This document shows positions 28,787 through 38,856 of a DNA stretch of 64,000 bases, piece by piece. The notes under the pieces are model-generated. The model was not told the DNA's origin. It made no database searches and saw nothing but the letters and a program-made list of their open reading frames with translations. The stretch's first letter is position 1, and each line of letters opens with the position of its first letter. The translations under genes and the position numbers were made by a program. Source of the stretch: Candidatus Eiseniibacteriota bacterium (lineage in GTDB: Bacteria; Eisenbacteria; RBG-16-71-46; CAVPCR01); NCBI GenBank assembly GCA_963823555.1, contig CAWGMA010000002.1:192001-256000 (forward strand), written 5' to 3'.

Positions 28787-30215
28787 GCTTGCGCGCTGCG
28801 GCGGCGATGAGGTCGATCGCCAGGTCGACCGTGTCGAGGTGGGTGCGGTAGGCGAGGATGGCGAGGCGGAGCATGACCTTGCCATCGAGCGTCGTCGATG
28901 ACAGGAAGAGGCGGCCGTCATCGAGCACCGCGGCCAGGAGCCGGCGGTTCAGCTCGTCGGCATCGCCCCGCGCCGGCACCGCGCGGAAGGTCACGATCGA
29001 GAGATCGGGCGGCGGTCCCACCTCGAACCCGGGGAGCGCCCCCAATCGCTCGTGCGCGTGGCGCGCGAGTAGGAGCTTCTCCTCGAGGGCCGCGACGAAG
29101 GGTCGGGTGCCGAGGAGCTTGAGCGGCAACCAGATTCGCAGCCCGCGGAAGTGCTTCGACAGCTCGGGCGAGAGATCGGCGGGCGAGAGCTCATCTCCGG
29201 CCTTGACCGTATCCTGCATGTAGGCGGCGCCGGTCGCGTGCGCGGCGAGGAGCGCCTGCCGATTGCGAACGAGGACCGCGCCCGCGCCATAAGGCGTGAA
29301 CAAGCCCTTGTGCGGATCGAGCGTGATCGAGTGCGAGCTCTCCATGCCGTGGAGGATTCGCCGGCCCTCGTCGGTGAGTGCGAAGAACCCGCCGTAGGCG
29401 GCGTCGGCGTGGAACCAGAGGTCGTGGCGAGCGGAGATCTCGCCGATGGCCGCGAGCGGATCCACGGCGCCGGTATCGGTCGCTCCGGCCGCGGCCGCCA
29501 CCAGCCAGGGCCGAAGTCCCGCCTTGTGGTCCGAACCGATCGCTTGCTCCAGGCGCTCGGAGTCCATGCGGTAGCGATCATCGGTGGGAACCATGCGCCG
29601 AACGCATTCGCCGAGACCGGCCACCTTGAGCGCCCGGTCGATCGAGTGATGGGACTGCGCGGTCAGGTAGACGACCGCACGCTCGAAGTCGCGCGCTCTG
29701 AGCCCGGCTGCCTCGCGGGCGGTCGTGATGGCGATCAGGTTGGCGATGCTGCCGCCGGAGGTCAGGTTGCCGTGGGCGCTCTCCGGATAGCCCACGACAT
29801 CCGCCATCCAGCGGAGAAGCAGGTTCTCCATCCGCACCGCACCCGGGCTCCCGTAGAAGTGCCCGGCATAGCGATTGCTGATCGCGGCCAGAAAGTCCCC
29901 GAGCGCCGAGTGGTAGAGCGGACACCCCGGGATGAAGCCGAGGTGCGTGCCAGCAGCCGTGTTGCCGCCGAGCGAGTCGACATGCTTCTCGAGGAGAGAG
30001 AGCGCCTCATCGATGGCGATCGGCTCCGGGCCGATCGGATGCTCGTAGAGCCCGGCGCCGTTATCGCCGGTCACGCGATAGCCCGGCGCGTGCTCGAGCG
30101 AGCGGATGAACGACTCGGCGTGCTCGACGGTCGCGCGCGCGAGCATCGCCCGCTCCTCCGCATCCGGTTCCAGGCGGCGGGCGATCCGCTCCAGCTCCTT
30201 GATGCGCTCGATCAT
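28779..30215 (-). CDS. Group II PLP-dependent decarboxylase (aromatic L-amino acid/glutamate decarboxylase-like)
   Basis: TSGGSIANL, HHS, G.TDTGAVDPL, WFHADAAYGG and the PLP lysine motif DPHKG. Confidence 0.9.
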   Translation of the reverse strand: MIERIKELERIARRLEPDAEERAMLARATVEHAESFIRSLEHAPGYRVTGDNGAGLYEHPIGPEPIAIDEALSLLEKHVDSLGGNTAAGTHLGFIPGCPLYHSALGDFLAAISNRYAGHFYGSPGAVRMENLLLRWMADVVGYPESAHGNLTSGGSIANLIAITTAREAAGLRARDFERAVVYLTAQSHHSIDRALKVAGLGECVRRMVPTDDRYRMDSERLEQAIGSDHKAGLRPWLVAAAAGATDTGAVDPLAAIGEISARHDLWFHADAAYGGFFALTDEGRRILHGMESSHSITLDPHKGLFTPYGAGAVLVRNRQALLAAHATGAAYMQDTVKAGDELSPADLSPELSKHFRGLRIWLPLKLLGTRPFVAALEEKLLLARHAHERLGALPGFEVGPPPDLSIVTFRAVPARGDADELNRRLLAAVLDDGRLFLSSTTLDGKVMLRLAILAYRTHLDTVDLAIDLIAAAARKLR

Positions 30216-30234
30216 CACCTTCGGGGTCGCGCGG

Positions 30235-30744
30235 CTAGGCGAACAGGTTCTGGTCCGCGCTCGATCCGTAGGTCGCGGGCAAGGGCACATCGAGCTGGCG
30301 CAGGTACACGGTGAGCTGACCGCGGTGGTGATACCAGTGGTTGAGGAGCACCGCTCGCACCACCGTCACCCGCGGCAGGGCGAAGATCTCGCGCCCTTCT
30401 CGCATCAGCTTCCAGGTCGCCATGACTCGCGCGTCGTCGAGTTGGTCCAGGTTCGCCTTGGCGGCGGCCACCGCCTCGTCACTGGCTCGGACGAGATCGG
30501 CGGTTGTCGTCAAGCTCGGGGGCGAGGGGGGAGGACCGGCGCCCACGTCGAGCTTGTCATCGAGAAGCCAGCCCGAGATGCGGGCCGGGAGCAGGGCGAT
30601 GTGCTGTGCGAGCTGGCCGAGCGCCATCGATTTCGAGTGTGGCTTCCAGTCGAACTTGTCGGCGGGAACGCGTTCGAGCAGGCGCCGCGTGGCCGCTGCC
30701 TCCTGCTCCAGCTCGGCGATCATGGGATCGATGATACGAGGCAT
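30235..30744 (-). CDS. DinB-family protein
   Basis: WKPHSKSMALGQLAQHI, NHWYHHRGQL.VYLR and P.TYG.SAD. AAGGAG RBS. Confidence 0.88.
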   Translation of the reverse strand: MPRIIDPMIAELEQEAAATRRLLERVPADKFDWKPHSKSMALGQLAQHIALLPARISGWLLDDKLDVGAGPPPSPPSLTTTADLVRASDEAVAAAKANLDQLDDARVMATWKLMREGREIFALPRVTVVRAVLLNHWYHHRGQLTVYLRQLDVPLPATYGSSADQNLFA

Positions 30745-30780
30745 GATGGTCTCCTTGATTTCGAACGGACTCAACCGATG

Positions 30781-32685
30781 CTACCAGCCGCCGCCGCCGC
30801 CGCCGCCCGAGCTGCCGCCGCCCCCCCCACCGCCGCCACCGCTGCTCGAGCTCGAGCTCGGCGTGGCGACCCCGGCGGCCAGCGCCCCGGTCGCCGCGAT
30901 CCAGGTTCCGCTGGCTCCGGCGCCGCCGAAGGCGCCGCCGCCCCCGGTCCAGCCGCTCGATCCCGAGCTCCCGGGCGAGCCCCCGCCCGCCATGCTCGTC
31001 ACCCCGGCGCTCTCGCCGCCGAAGGCGCGGAACCAGCGATCGGCGTTGCGCCCCAGGTCGAACGCGATCAGGTAGGGGAACCATGCATCCTCGAGCCGCG
31101 GGTGCTCCTTCCCGAGCTCCGTGGCGAAGTAGCGCTTGGCAGCGGCGAGACGCTTGCGAAGCGCGATGCCTTGCGGCGGATCGGGGGAGCGCGCGGCGCG
31201 GGCGACGATCGCCGTCATCGTCACTCCGAGAAGCGCGAGGGCGATCGCGCCCCAGGTGGAGAGCGTCTGCCGGGCCAGGATCAGGACGAGGATGATCGCG
31301 ATCCCGACGCCCAGCGGAACCAGGAAGCGCAGCGCGGCCATGGCCGGATGAGTCACGTTCCGCCGCCAGAAGTAGGCATGGAGCGCGGAGAAGAGAGTCA
31401 GGAAGACGCCGGCGCCGATCCCGATGGGGATCATCAGGAGGAGCTCCGAGCTCCGGCTCAGGCCGGCGAGGATCAGGGCACCGATCGTTGCGAGCGCAAG
31501 CAGAATGAGCGGGCGACGCGATGGGCGGCGCTCGGCGGTGGTGATGCCACGCAGCCGCTGGACCTCCTTGGTGAGAGGCTCGCGGATCAGGGCCGAGGGA
31601 TCGAACCCGGTCTTCCGGTAGTGCTCGCGAATGCGTTCGGTGCTCGTGTGATTGCCGGCGAAGAAGAGCTTATCGACGAGCGCGCGCTCGTAGCCCTGGA
31701 GCTGCTCGCGGTCGACGAGGAGCGTGAGCTCGAGGTTGTGGACGGGGAAGATCCAGGCCTTTCTCCGCACCGCGCGGCTCGAGATCTTCTTCTCCGCCAC
31801 CATGCGGGCGATGACCGCCGCCACCTCGGCGGATCCGATCGAGATGTCATAGGTGGCGCCGATCACCTCGGGCTTCATCGAGAGCAGGTGCTCGGCGATC
31901 CAGTCGGGATCCAGGCTCTCGGCCGCCGGCACCGGAGCGAAGCGGCCGAGAGCACGTTCCCGGCGAAAGAGCTGCAGCAGGAGTGCCCCGCCGAGGCCGA
32001 GCAGGATGGCGGCGAGCGCTCGGCGCAGGTTCGGCGAGGCGGTCGGGAGGACGCCCGCCGGGCGGCCCACACCCGTGTAGCGAAGCGGGAGCGAGACCAC
32101 GTAGCCCTGGCCGGGCCGGAGCGGACCGGCCGTCAGGGTGGGCTCGAATCGCATGTCCCCCGTCTTCCACATCGGGTGGATGTCGAGGTCGAGCGTGAAG
32201 CGTTCGATGTCGCCCTCGCGATCGGTGAACGCGAAGTCGTGATCGAGCAGATAGGAGTCGCCTCGTGGCACCAGGATGTTCGCGAGCCGGTAGACGAGGA
32301 TGTAGGTGATCGTGGTGTGATCGAAGGGAGGATCGTCGGGCTGGCGGCTCCGCCAGCGTAGCGTGCGCGAATCGGTCCAGTCGTAGTTGTTGGTCACCGA
32401 GAGATCGCCCCGGTCGAGCCGGGTCTCATTGCCGTCGGCATCGATGCGAGTGATCGACTCGAAATCGAGCTCCTGGCCGCGCGCGAGGCGGAAGATGCGT
32501 TCGCCCCCGTTCCAGTCGCCGGTGAAGACCATGACCTGGCGCTCGACGACATGGAGCCGGCCGTCGGCGTCGAGGTGGGCCTCGACCGCGAGCTCGGGCC
32601 AGTGGAGCTCGCGTTCCTGGGCCCCTGCTGGGCGCGGCGAGGCGGAAAGGACCACGGCCATGAGGAGGAACACGCGGAGGCGCAT
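30781..32685 (-). CDS. DUF2207-family membrane protein with Gly/Ser-rich tail
   Basis: Signal peptide, periplasmic N-domain, several TM segments, PYLIAFDL and a terminal SSGGGGGGGW. Confidence 0.8.
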   Translation of the reverse strand: MRLRVFLLMAVVLSASPRPAGAQERELHWPELAVEAHLDADGRLHVVERQVMVFTGDWNGGERIFRLARGQELDFESITRIDADGNETRLDRGDLSVTNNYDWTDSRTLRWRSRQPDDPPFDHTTITYILVYRLANILVPRGDSYLLDHDFAFTDREGDIERFTLDLDIHPMWKTGDMRFEPTLTAGPLRPGQGYVVSLPLRYTGVGRPAGVLPTASPNLRRALAAILLGLGGALLLQLFRRERALGRFAPVPAAESLDPDWIAEHLLSMKPEVIGATYDISIGSAEVAAVIARMVAEKKISSRAVRRKAWIFPVHNLELTLLVDREQLQGYERALVDKLFFAGNHTSTERIREHYRKTGFDPSALIREPLTKEVQRLRGITTAERRPSRRPLILLALATIGALILAGLSRSSELLLMIPIGIGAGVFLTLFSALHAYFWRRNVTHPAMAALRFLVPLGVGIAIILVLILARQTLSTWGAIALALLGVTMTAIVARAARSPDPPQGIALRKRLAAAKRYFATELGKEHPRLEDAWFPYLIAFDLGRNADRWFRAFGGESAGVTSMAGGGSPGSSGSSGWTGGGGAFGGAGASGTWIAATGALAAGVATPSSSSSSGGGGGGGGGSSGGGGGGGW

Positions 32686-32800
32686 GCGGCGAGGATACAG
32701 GAGTGGGGGCTGTAGGTGCGGAATCGTGGTCCGGGTCTACCGGTGCCTTCCCCCTCCGGCTACGCCTGGCCCCGGAGCGGCTCGGCCTCGCCCAGCAGGC

Positions 32801-32859
32801 GCTCGGCGGGCGCTCGCCGGGTGCTCGGCGGGTGCTCGGCGGGTGCTCGGCGGGCGCTC
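32801..32859. repeat. 11-bp tandem repeat, five copies plus a partial
   Basis: GCTCG(G/C)CGGG(T/C) at 32801, 32812, 32823, 32834 and 32845. Confidence 0.9.
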
Positions 32860-32965
32860 ATGCGCCTGCTCTGCGCAGCAGGGTTCGGTCTAGGAGCATG
32901 GTGAAGTGGGTCACCGGCGCCGACGTGTTCTGTGAAGCTGGTTCACGCTAGCTTCCTCTCTCGCA

Positions 32966-33145
32966 GCAAACGCGTTCGTGACGAGATCCGCCACCGCCAG
33001 CCGCAAACGCGGTCGCCTGCACACGGGAAGACCCACATCCTGCAAACGCGTTCGTCCATCCACCCTCTGCTCTCCGCTGATCGCCCCGCTGCGCCGCTCC
33101 ACCCACCACGGTCGCTATCCGTCTTTGCCCTGCAAACGCGTTCGT
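32966..33145. repeat. Four dispersed copies of GCAAACGCGTTCGT
   Basis: Copies start at 32966, 33003 (two mismatches), 33042 and 33132. The core AACGCGTT is palindromic. Confidence 0.85.
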
Positions 33146-33907
33146 GGTCAGGCCCGCCCCCTGACAGCATCGCGTCCGCTCTCAAGAGGACACGTGCCCC
33201 GGCCAACCAGGCCCCCGCCTCGCGCGAGCGCTCCAACTCGCTCGCAGCGCGGTCGACGGTAAGCAACGGCGATCGTGTCTTCTTCATCGATATCATCGAC
33301 GGCAGCCAGACAAGCTCCCACCTTTGTCCGCTGCGCCTCTCTCCTACATCAGACAGAAGGAGCACGGATCATGCCGAGCCTTCAGCGAGAATGAGCCACC
33401 CCGAGGCTTCACGAGGCTATCCCACGGGGTCTGATCCACGCCACGCCCGCTGACCGCCAACGCCGTTGTCACTACTGCAACCTGCGTTGACGGTGGCGGA
33501 GACAGGATCATCGTGGCCGACCAACGTCGCGGCAGGCCGCCGCCAGCTGGATCGCGAGCCAGCCGAGGGCGAACTGGTTGATTCCGCACGTCATGAGCGG
33601 CCGATCACCACGTAGGCAGTTACGGCAAGGAAGCGACCCACAGGGCGGGGCAGCCGGCTCCCCCGCGGATCCTCCGCCCATCCGGAATGGTCCGGTTGCT
33701 GGGGGGAAGGTCACCATGGCCCCGTATCTCACAGTTCTACTTGAGATATCCCACAGTAGCGCAGGCAGCCCGCGGGCCGGGCCCGTGTGCTTGGCCTGCG
33801 GGCCACCTGCGCTCCCCGTCCTCCCCGAATGACCCTAGGTTCATCACACTCCCGCACCCTCCGTCACTCATGGATCACAACGAAGCGAGCGGTACGGAGG
33901 CCAATAG

Positions 33908-34864
33908 CTAGAACCTCCTCCAGTCTTGGAATAGACCATCAGTATGGCGGAAGGTCACAACGGCTTGCGTTGCTAGGTCGATGATGGCGGAGTTGCGTCC
34001 TTCATTGAAGCAGAGCTTCGAGTCATCAGGCGACCAGGTTGGAAACCGACCCTCGACAATGAAGACTGGCTCGCCTGACGGGATCTGCAAGATGTAGATG
34101 GCCGTATCCCCCGATTGCACCGCCCCGACTCCGAATGCCAGTGCATCCTGGGTGCGGGCCCAATCCAGGTGGCCTGGATTGATGCCGAACTGTTGGCCCC
34201 ACTCGGCGTCAAGGACGGTCGTGACTTCGTTTGTGCTCAAGTCAAGGACGCGGATGGCACCACCCTCCGTGAACGCCATGAGGTCTGCGCCGGGACTCAG
34301 TGTTGGGTAGCCCAGTGAGCCAGTCGCGGATGTGTAGATCAGTGACGTGGCTCCACCAACTGCTGGAATGGTCTCGATCGTGTTGAGTTGAATATCAACG
34401 AATGCGATCTGGTCGCCGAGCGGTGACCAGGCTGGAAAGAAGAGACTACTGCTTCGATCCAGCAGAACTCGGGCATTGCTGCCAGTGGGCACCCCTCCCA
34501 CAACTTCCACATCGATCAGCCAGAGATCGAAGCCCATTTCGAATGCAATGGTGCTCCCGTCTGGAGACCAAGATGGACTACTAATCATATGCCCATCGCT
34601 CTCGAAGATTGTTGTGATGCTTGATCCATCGTCGTCCATGACCTGCAGATGGAAGTCATTTGCGGCCCAGATGGCGTAAGCAATTGCCGGCTCCGCCGGC
34701 GTCGGGGGAGGTTGGGGGGGCTTCTTCTCTAGGGACGACTGAGCCTCAGGCCCGCTCACCAGACCCGGCCCCGAGCCGTCCTGGCAGCCGGCAACCAGCG
34801 CGACAAACAGAAGTGCGATGACCCAAGGCCAATCGGCCCTGATGAATCTCGACATGCGGTCCAT
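33908..34864 (-). CDS. TolB-like (PD40) beta-propeller lipoprotein
   Basis: Lipobox LVAGC; repeated P.WSPDG/P.WSP blades. GGAGGG RBS. Confidence 0.82.
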   Translation of the reverse strand: MDRMSRFIRADWPWVIALLFVALVAGCQDGSGPGLVSGPEAQSSLEKKPPQPPPTPAEPAIAYAIWAANDFHLQVMDDDGSSITTIFESDGHMISSPSWSPDGSTIAFEMGFDLWLIDVEVVGGVPTGSNARVLLDRSSSLFFPAWSPLGDQIAFVDIQLNTIETIPAVGGATSLIYTSATGSLGYPTLSPGADLMAFTEGGAIRVLDLSTNEVTTVLDAEWGQQFGINPGHLDWARTQDALAFGVGAVQSGDTAIYILQIPSGEPVFIVEGRFPTWSPDDSKLCFNEGRNSAIIDLATQAVVTFRHTDGLFQDWRRF

Positions 34865-35200
34865 TGTGCGACCCTCCCTTCCTACTTACAGGACATGGCT
34901 TGCGGGCCAAGAGTCGTGGCCGCGCAGCCCAGCCCTGGCTGTACCACCTGCACCGTGGCTCGAGATCCTCACAAATCTCCTAAATCCGGCAAATCGGGAT
35001 ACCTGTGGCGAATGCTAAGCGCCCGTCAGAGAGCCTGTTGCGCCGGTTGTGCGCGGCCGTGGTAGCCAACCAAGTTCCTCCCCGGTTGGGATCGGCGTAG
35101 CGTAGGATGGAGTCGCAGTGGCCGGAGGGGCAAGACGGATCCGTCCCTGATTCGTGCGACCTACCGGCCCAGCGGGACCCCGTGGACGGAGGCGTTCCCC

Positions 35201-38200
35201 ATGGCCGACTGCTGCCGGATTGAGCTCCTGGGCGGTTTGCGGATCATCCATGGTGAGTCCGCGATCACGCGGTTCGCGACGCGCAAAGTCGCCGCCTTGC
35301 TCGCCTATCTTGCCCACCACTGCGATCACACGCACTCCCGCGAAACCTTGAGTGAGATGCTCTGGCCTTGGGCACCTCCGGCGGCCGGACGCAACAGTCT
35401 GAGCACCGCGCTTTGTTCCCTCCGCCGCCAGCTGGAACCGATTGGAGTGGCGCCGGGATCCATACTGCTTGCTGACTACAGTACGGTGTGCTTGAACCCG
35501 GATACGATCAGCACGGATGTGGCGGAGTTTGAGGTCGCCATAGCGCAAGCTAACAAGACCGAACTCCCTGACCGAGTACGGTGGCTTGAGGAGGCGATCG
35601 CACTCTATCGCGGAGAGCTTCTGACAGGGTTCCATGAGCCCTGGATTGCGCCAGAGTCAGAGCGCCTGGCGGCGCGCTTCATCGGTGCGACAGAAGCCCT
35701 GGCGGACATTCTTGTCGAGCAGGGGAAGACGGCAGAGGCCATCTCCCATCTAGAGCACGCGATTGCGTTCTCGCCGCTCCTCGAAGCTCCCTACCGAAAG
35801 CTCATGGGCCACTACGCGGCGATGGACTTGCCACAGGTCGCCCTGGAAGTCTACGATGAGTTGAAGACAGCGCTAGCTCAAGCCCGCGGCACAGAGCCAT
35901 CCACGGCCACACAGGAACTGGTGTACGAATTGAAGCGTCTGGCCGTGATGCCGCGGGCAACTCCTCGCGCGGCCCACCGGCCGGCGAGACGGACCACTGT
36001 CGCCCCATTGCCGGCAGGAACAGTCACTCTTCTCGCCATTCGCATGCCGGATGGAGCGGCTGGGGCAGGAGATGTGCCTGCCCTGCGCCAGGAGTTCCGG
36101 CAACACGGGGGAATAGAGATCCCATCCCCGCTTGACACCATTTCGCACATCGTCGCCTTTGCGCGGGCCGGTGATGCACCCACCTGCGCTGCCGCCTGCC
36201 AGCTCACCGCCTCTGCGGCACACCCAGCCATGGCCGTTCATACGACCGATGTTACTCTTGAACCCGATGGCACCTATCCGCACGCGGCGCTTGAGCCAGC
36301 ACTGACCCTCGCCACCGCGGCACACTCATCACAGATCATGTGCTCCGAGTCGGCAGCTAACATGATCCGGCACGGACTCAACGGCGGCCTCCGTCTTATT
36401 GAGCTCGGGACTTACCGCCTCCGTGGAACTGTACGTGCTGAACGCATCTGCCAGCTCGACTATCCGGGCGGTCCGGATGAGCTGCCGCCGCTTGGAGCCG
36501 AGACGGGGTACAGGACCCACCTTCCGCTCCGCCTCACACGCTTCTTCGGCCGCGAGCGCGAGATGTCGGAGATTGCGGCGTTACTCTCGGGCAACGCGCG
36601 GCTCGTGACGCTGGTGGGAGGGCCCGGATACGGGAAGACGCGGCTGGCAATTGAGACAGCGAGCCGGATGACCGTGACCTTCTCGGGCCGCGTTTGGTTC
36701 GTGTCGCTAGCGGACTTGCGCGAGGGTGGAGACATCCTCGATCGAACCCTCGACCCGCTTGGGATTGCCCGCTCGCCTCACGCAACACCATTGGAACAGA
36801 TCGCTGCCGCCCTCGGCGACGCATCAGCCCTCATCATCTTCGACAACCTCGAACAGCTCCTTCCTGCACCTGGCGCTCTCTCCGCTCTTCTTCAACGACT
36901 TCCACAGCTCCACTGTCTGGTCACGTCACGACGCCGCTTGGCGCTACCAGAAGAGCATGTCTGTGCAGTGGCTCCGCTGCCGTTATCTCGCGGTATCTCA
37001 CCTGAGGAGCTCCTAGCCAACGAGAGCATTCAGCTCTTTGTCGATCGCGCACAATTGGCATGCGCGGACTTCATGCTGACGGTTGACAATTCGGCCATTA
37101 TCGTTGATCTCTGCCAACGCCTAGAAGGGATACCGCTAGCGATCGAACTGGCGGCTGCGCGCGTCAACGTGCTTGCACCCTCCGAGATCCTGAAGCGGCT
37201 GGGCGAACCTGATCTCCTCACGAGCAGAAGCGGGGATCAGGACGAGCGTCATCGCTCGCTCAGGATGGCGGTCGCGTGGAGCTATTCGCTGCTCTCGCCC
37301 GAACTTCAGCGGTTCTTCTGCCAGCTGTCGGTATTTCGTGGCGGCTGGACGGCGGACGCGGCCGAGGCAGTCTGCGAGGAACCGATGGCACTGGATCTTC
37401 TGACAGAGCTTGTCGAATGCTCGCTCATCAATGCAGAGCATGGTGATCAACCTCGATTCCGCATGCTCGAGATGATCAGAGAACTCGCTCATGGCCGACT
37501 CGAGGAGGTGGGTGAGCTTGAGGAGACAAAGAACAGACACCTTGAGCACTACTATGCTTTTCTCCACTCGTTTGACAGAGAGTGGGCAGGGCCAAATCCG
37601 AAGACGGCCCTCGATCGCGTGGAGGCCGATCTGGACAACCTTCTCACAGCGATGGACTGGTGCGATATCGCACCAGATGGTGTGGCAAAGGGCCTGTCCC
37701 TCGCGGGAGCACTGTACTGGTTCTGGACAGCGAGCGGTCGCGTGCAACGGGGCCGATCAATGATAGATCGCGCCCTCCGGCGGGACCCGAGGGCAGCCCC
37801 GGCAATCCTGAGAACGCAGGTGATCAACAACGCCGGGCTCCTCGCTTTTGAGAGCGGTGATTTCACGGCGGCGAAGGTCCTGCATGAACAGGCGCTTGCC
37901 TTTTGGAGATCGCTCGGAGACAAACAAGGCATTGCTGCCTCCCTGCACAATATCGCCAAGATTCTCAGGAATCAGGGTTCCTACGCCGAGGCCAAGCAAC
38001 TCGCCAACGAAGCTCTGACGATCAACGAGGAGCTGGGTAATCGCAACTGGGCAGCGCTTAACCTCGTTGAGATTGCGTTTGCAGAGTTCTATCTTGGAGA
38101 AGCAAGAAGGGCCCGAGATTCTCTGAGACGTGCAGCTGAGATCCTCCTTGGGCTTGGCGATCTCCGCCAATACTGCTACGTTCTCGCGGACCTTGGGGAA

Positions 38201-38695
38201 ATGAACTGGGAGTGTGGGGATTACAGCGACGCACAAGATGCACTTCTGAACGCTCTGGCATGCCTTGAAGAGGTTGGCGATATCGCATTGCTGGTCAGCA
38301 CTCGACTCTCTCTCGCCAAGGTCCATGCGTCCCTTGACCAGCTCGAGCCGGCCAAAGCACTCATCGGCGAGTCACTCCCATTCGTGAGGAAGTGTGAAGC
38401 GCACTGGGTCGTCGAGAACGCCTTGCACGCAGGTGCGGTTCTATTATTGGCTCAAGCGCGAAGGCCATCAGAGGCAGACGCCCAGGCGGCTTTGACGAGA
38501 ACCGTGACTCTGATCAGCGCAAGGCACGAATCAAGAACGAGAAGAGCGTCAGTCGTTCCGCCGTCGCCCCTTGATCGAGATCTCGAGATGCTTCGATCTC
38601 GACTCAGTGCTCTCGACTTCCAGATCGCGTGGGAAGAGGGTGGGTCAATGTCCATTGAAGAAGCCGTAGGCAAGCTAGAGGGTTGGCTCGGCTGA
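35201..38695 (+). CDS. AfsR/SARP-like regulator: wHTH-BTAD, degenerate class III cyclase-like domain, NB-ARC/STAND ATPase, TPR
   Basis: IELLGGL...LLAYL...LWP and ALYRGELL; FFGRERE, Walker A GGPGYGKTRLA, IFDNLEQ, LEGIPLAIELAAAR, WSY.LL and LSVFRGGW; C-terminal TPRs. GGAGG RBS. Confidence 0.9.
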   Translation: MADCCRIELLGGLRIIHGESAITRFATRKVAALLAYLAHHCDHTHSRETLSEMLWPWAPPAAGRNSLSTALCSLRRQLEPIGVAPGSILLADYSTVCLNPDTISTDVAEFEVAIAQANKTELPDRVRWLEEAIALYRGELLTGFHEPWIAPESERLAARFIGATEALADILVEQGKTAEAISHLEHAIAFSPLLEAPYRKLMGHYAAMDLPQVALEVYDELKTALAQARGTEPSTATQELVYELKRLAVMPRATPRAAHRPARRTTVAPLPAGTVTLLAIRMPDGAAGAGDVPALRQEFRQHGGIEIPSPLDTISHIVAFARAGDAPTCAAACQLTASAAHPAMAVHTTDVTLEPDGTYPHAALEPALTLATAAHSSQIMCSESAANMIRHGLNGGLRLIELGTYRLRGTVRAERICQLDYPGGPDELPPLGAETGYRTHLPLRLTRFFGREREMSEIAALLSGNARLVTLVGGPGYGKTRLAIETASRMTVTFSGRVWFVSLADLREGGDILDRTLDPLGIARSPHATPLEQIAAALGDASALIIFDNLEQLLPAPGALSALLQRLPQLHCLVTSRRRLALPEEHVCAVAPLPLSRGISPEELLANESIQLFVDRAQLACADFMLTVDNSAIIVDLCQRLEGIPLAIELAAARVNVLAPSEILKRLGEPDLLTSRSGDQDERHRSLRMAVAWSYSLLSPELQRFFCQLSVFRGGWTADAAEAVCEEPMALDLLTELVECSLINAEHGDQPRFRMLEMIRELAHGRLEEVGELEETKNRHLEHYYAFLHSFDREWAGPNPKTALDRVEADLDNLLTAMDWCDIAPDGVAKGLSLAGALYWFWTASGRVQRGRSMIDRALRRDPRAAPAILRTQVINNAGLLAFESGDFTAAKVLHEQALAFWRSLGDKQGIAASLHNIAKILRNQGSYAEAKQLANEALTINEELGNRNWAALNLVEIAFAEFYLGEARRARDSLRRAAEILLGLGDLRQYCYVLADLGEMNWECGDYSDAQDALLNALACLEEVGDIALLVSTRLSLAKVHASLDQLEPAKALIGESLPFVRKCEAHWVVENALHAGAVLLLAQARRPSEADAQAALTRTVTLISARHESRTRRASVVPPSPLDRDLEMLRSRLSALDFQIAWEEGGSMSIEEAVGKLEGWLG

Positions 38696-38856
38696 ACGGG
38701 GAGCCTCAAGCTCCGCGAGAATCGTCTGCAGAGCCGACGGGAGAAGGGTCGTCACCGTGGATTACCGCTCCGCGCCCCGTCCGACGAGGCTGATTCTCGA
38801 TCCTCGTTTCCGACACGAACCCTCAGGAGTTCGGAGCAGCGTCGGCGGAACTCCGG

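Noticed and set aside
30781..30860. CCG-rich simple repeat
   Set aside because: It encodes the normal Gly/Ser tail of DUF2207-type proteins.
32705..32760. tRNA-like start GGGGGCTGTAG
   Set aside because: There is no D-arm, TTC T-loop or cloverleaf, and the stretch is too short.
32966..33145. CRISPR array interpretation of the 14-bp repeats
   Set aside because: The repeats are too short, the spacing is irregular (37, 39, 90 bp), and there are no cas genes in the window.
33150..33900. Short ORFs or a transposase remnant in the intergenic gap
   Set aside because: I found no recognisable motifs, RBS, terminal inverted repeats or coding-like codon bias.
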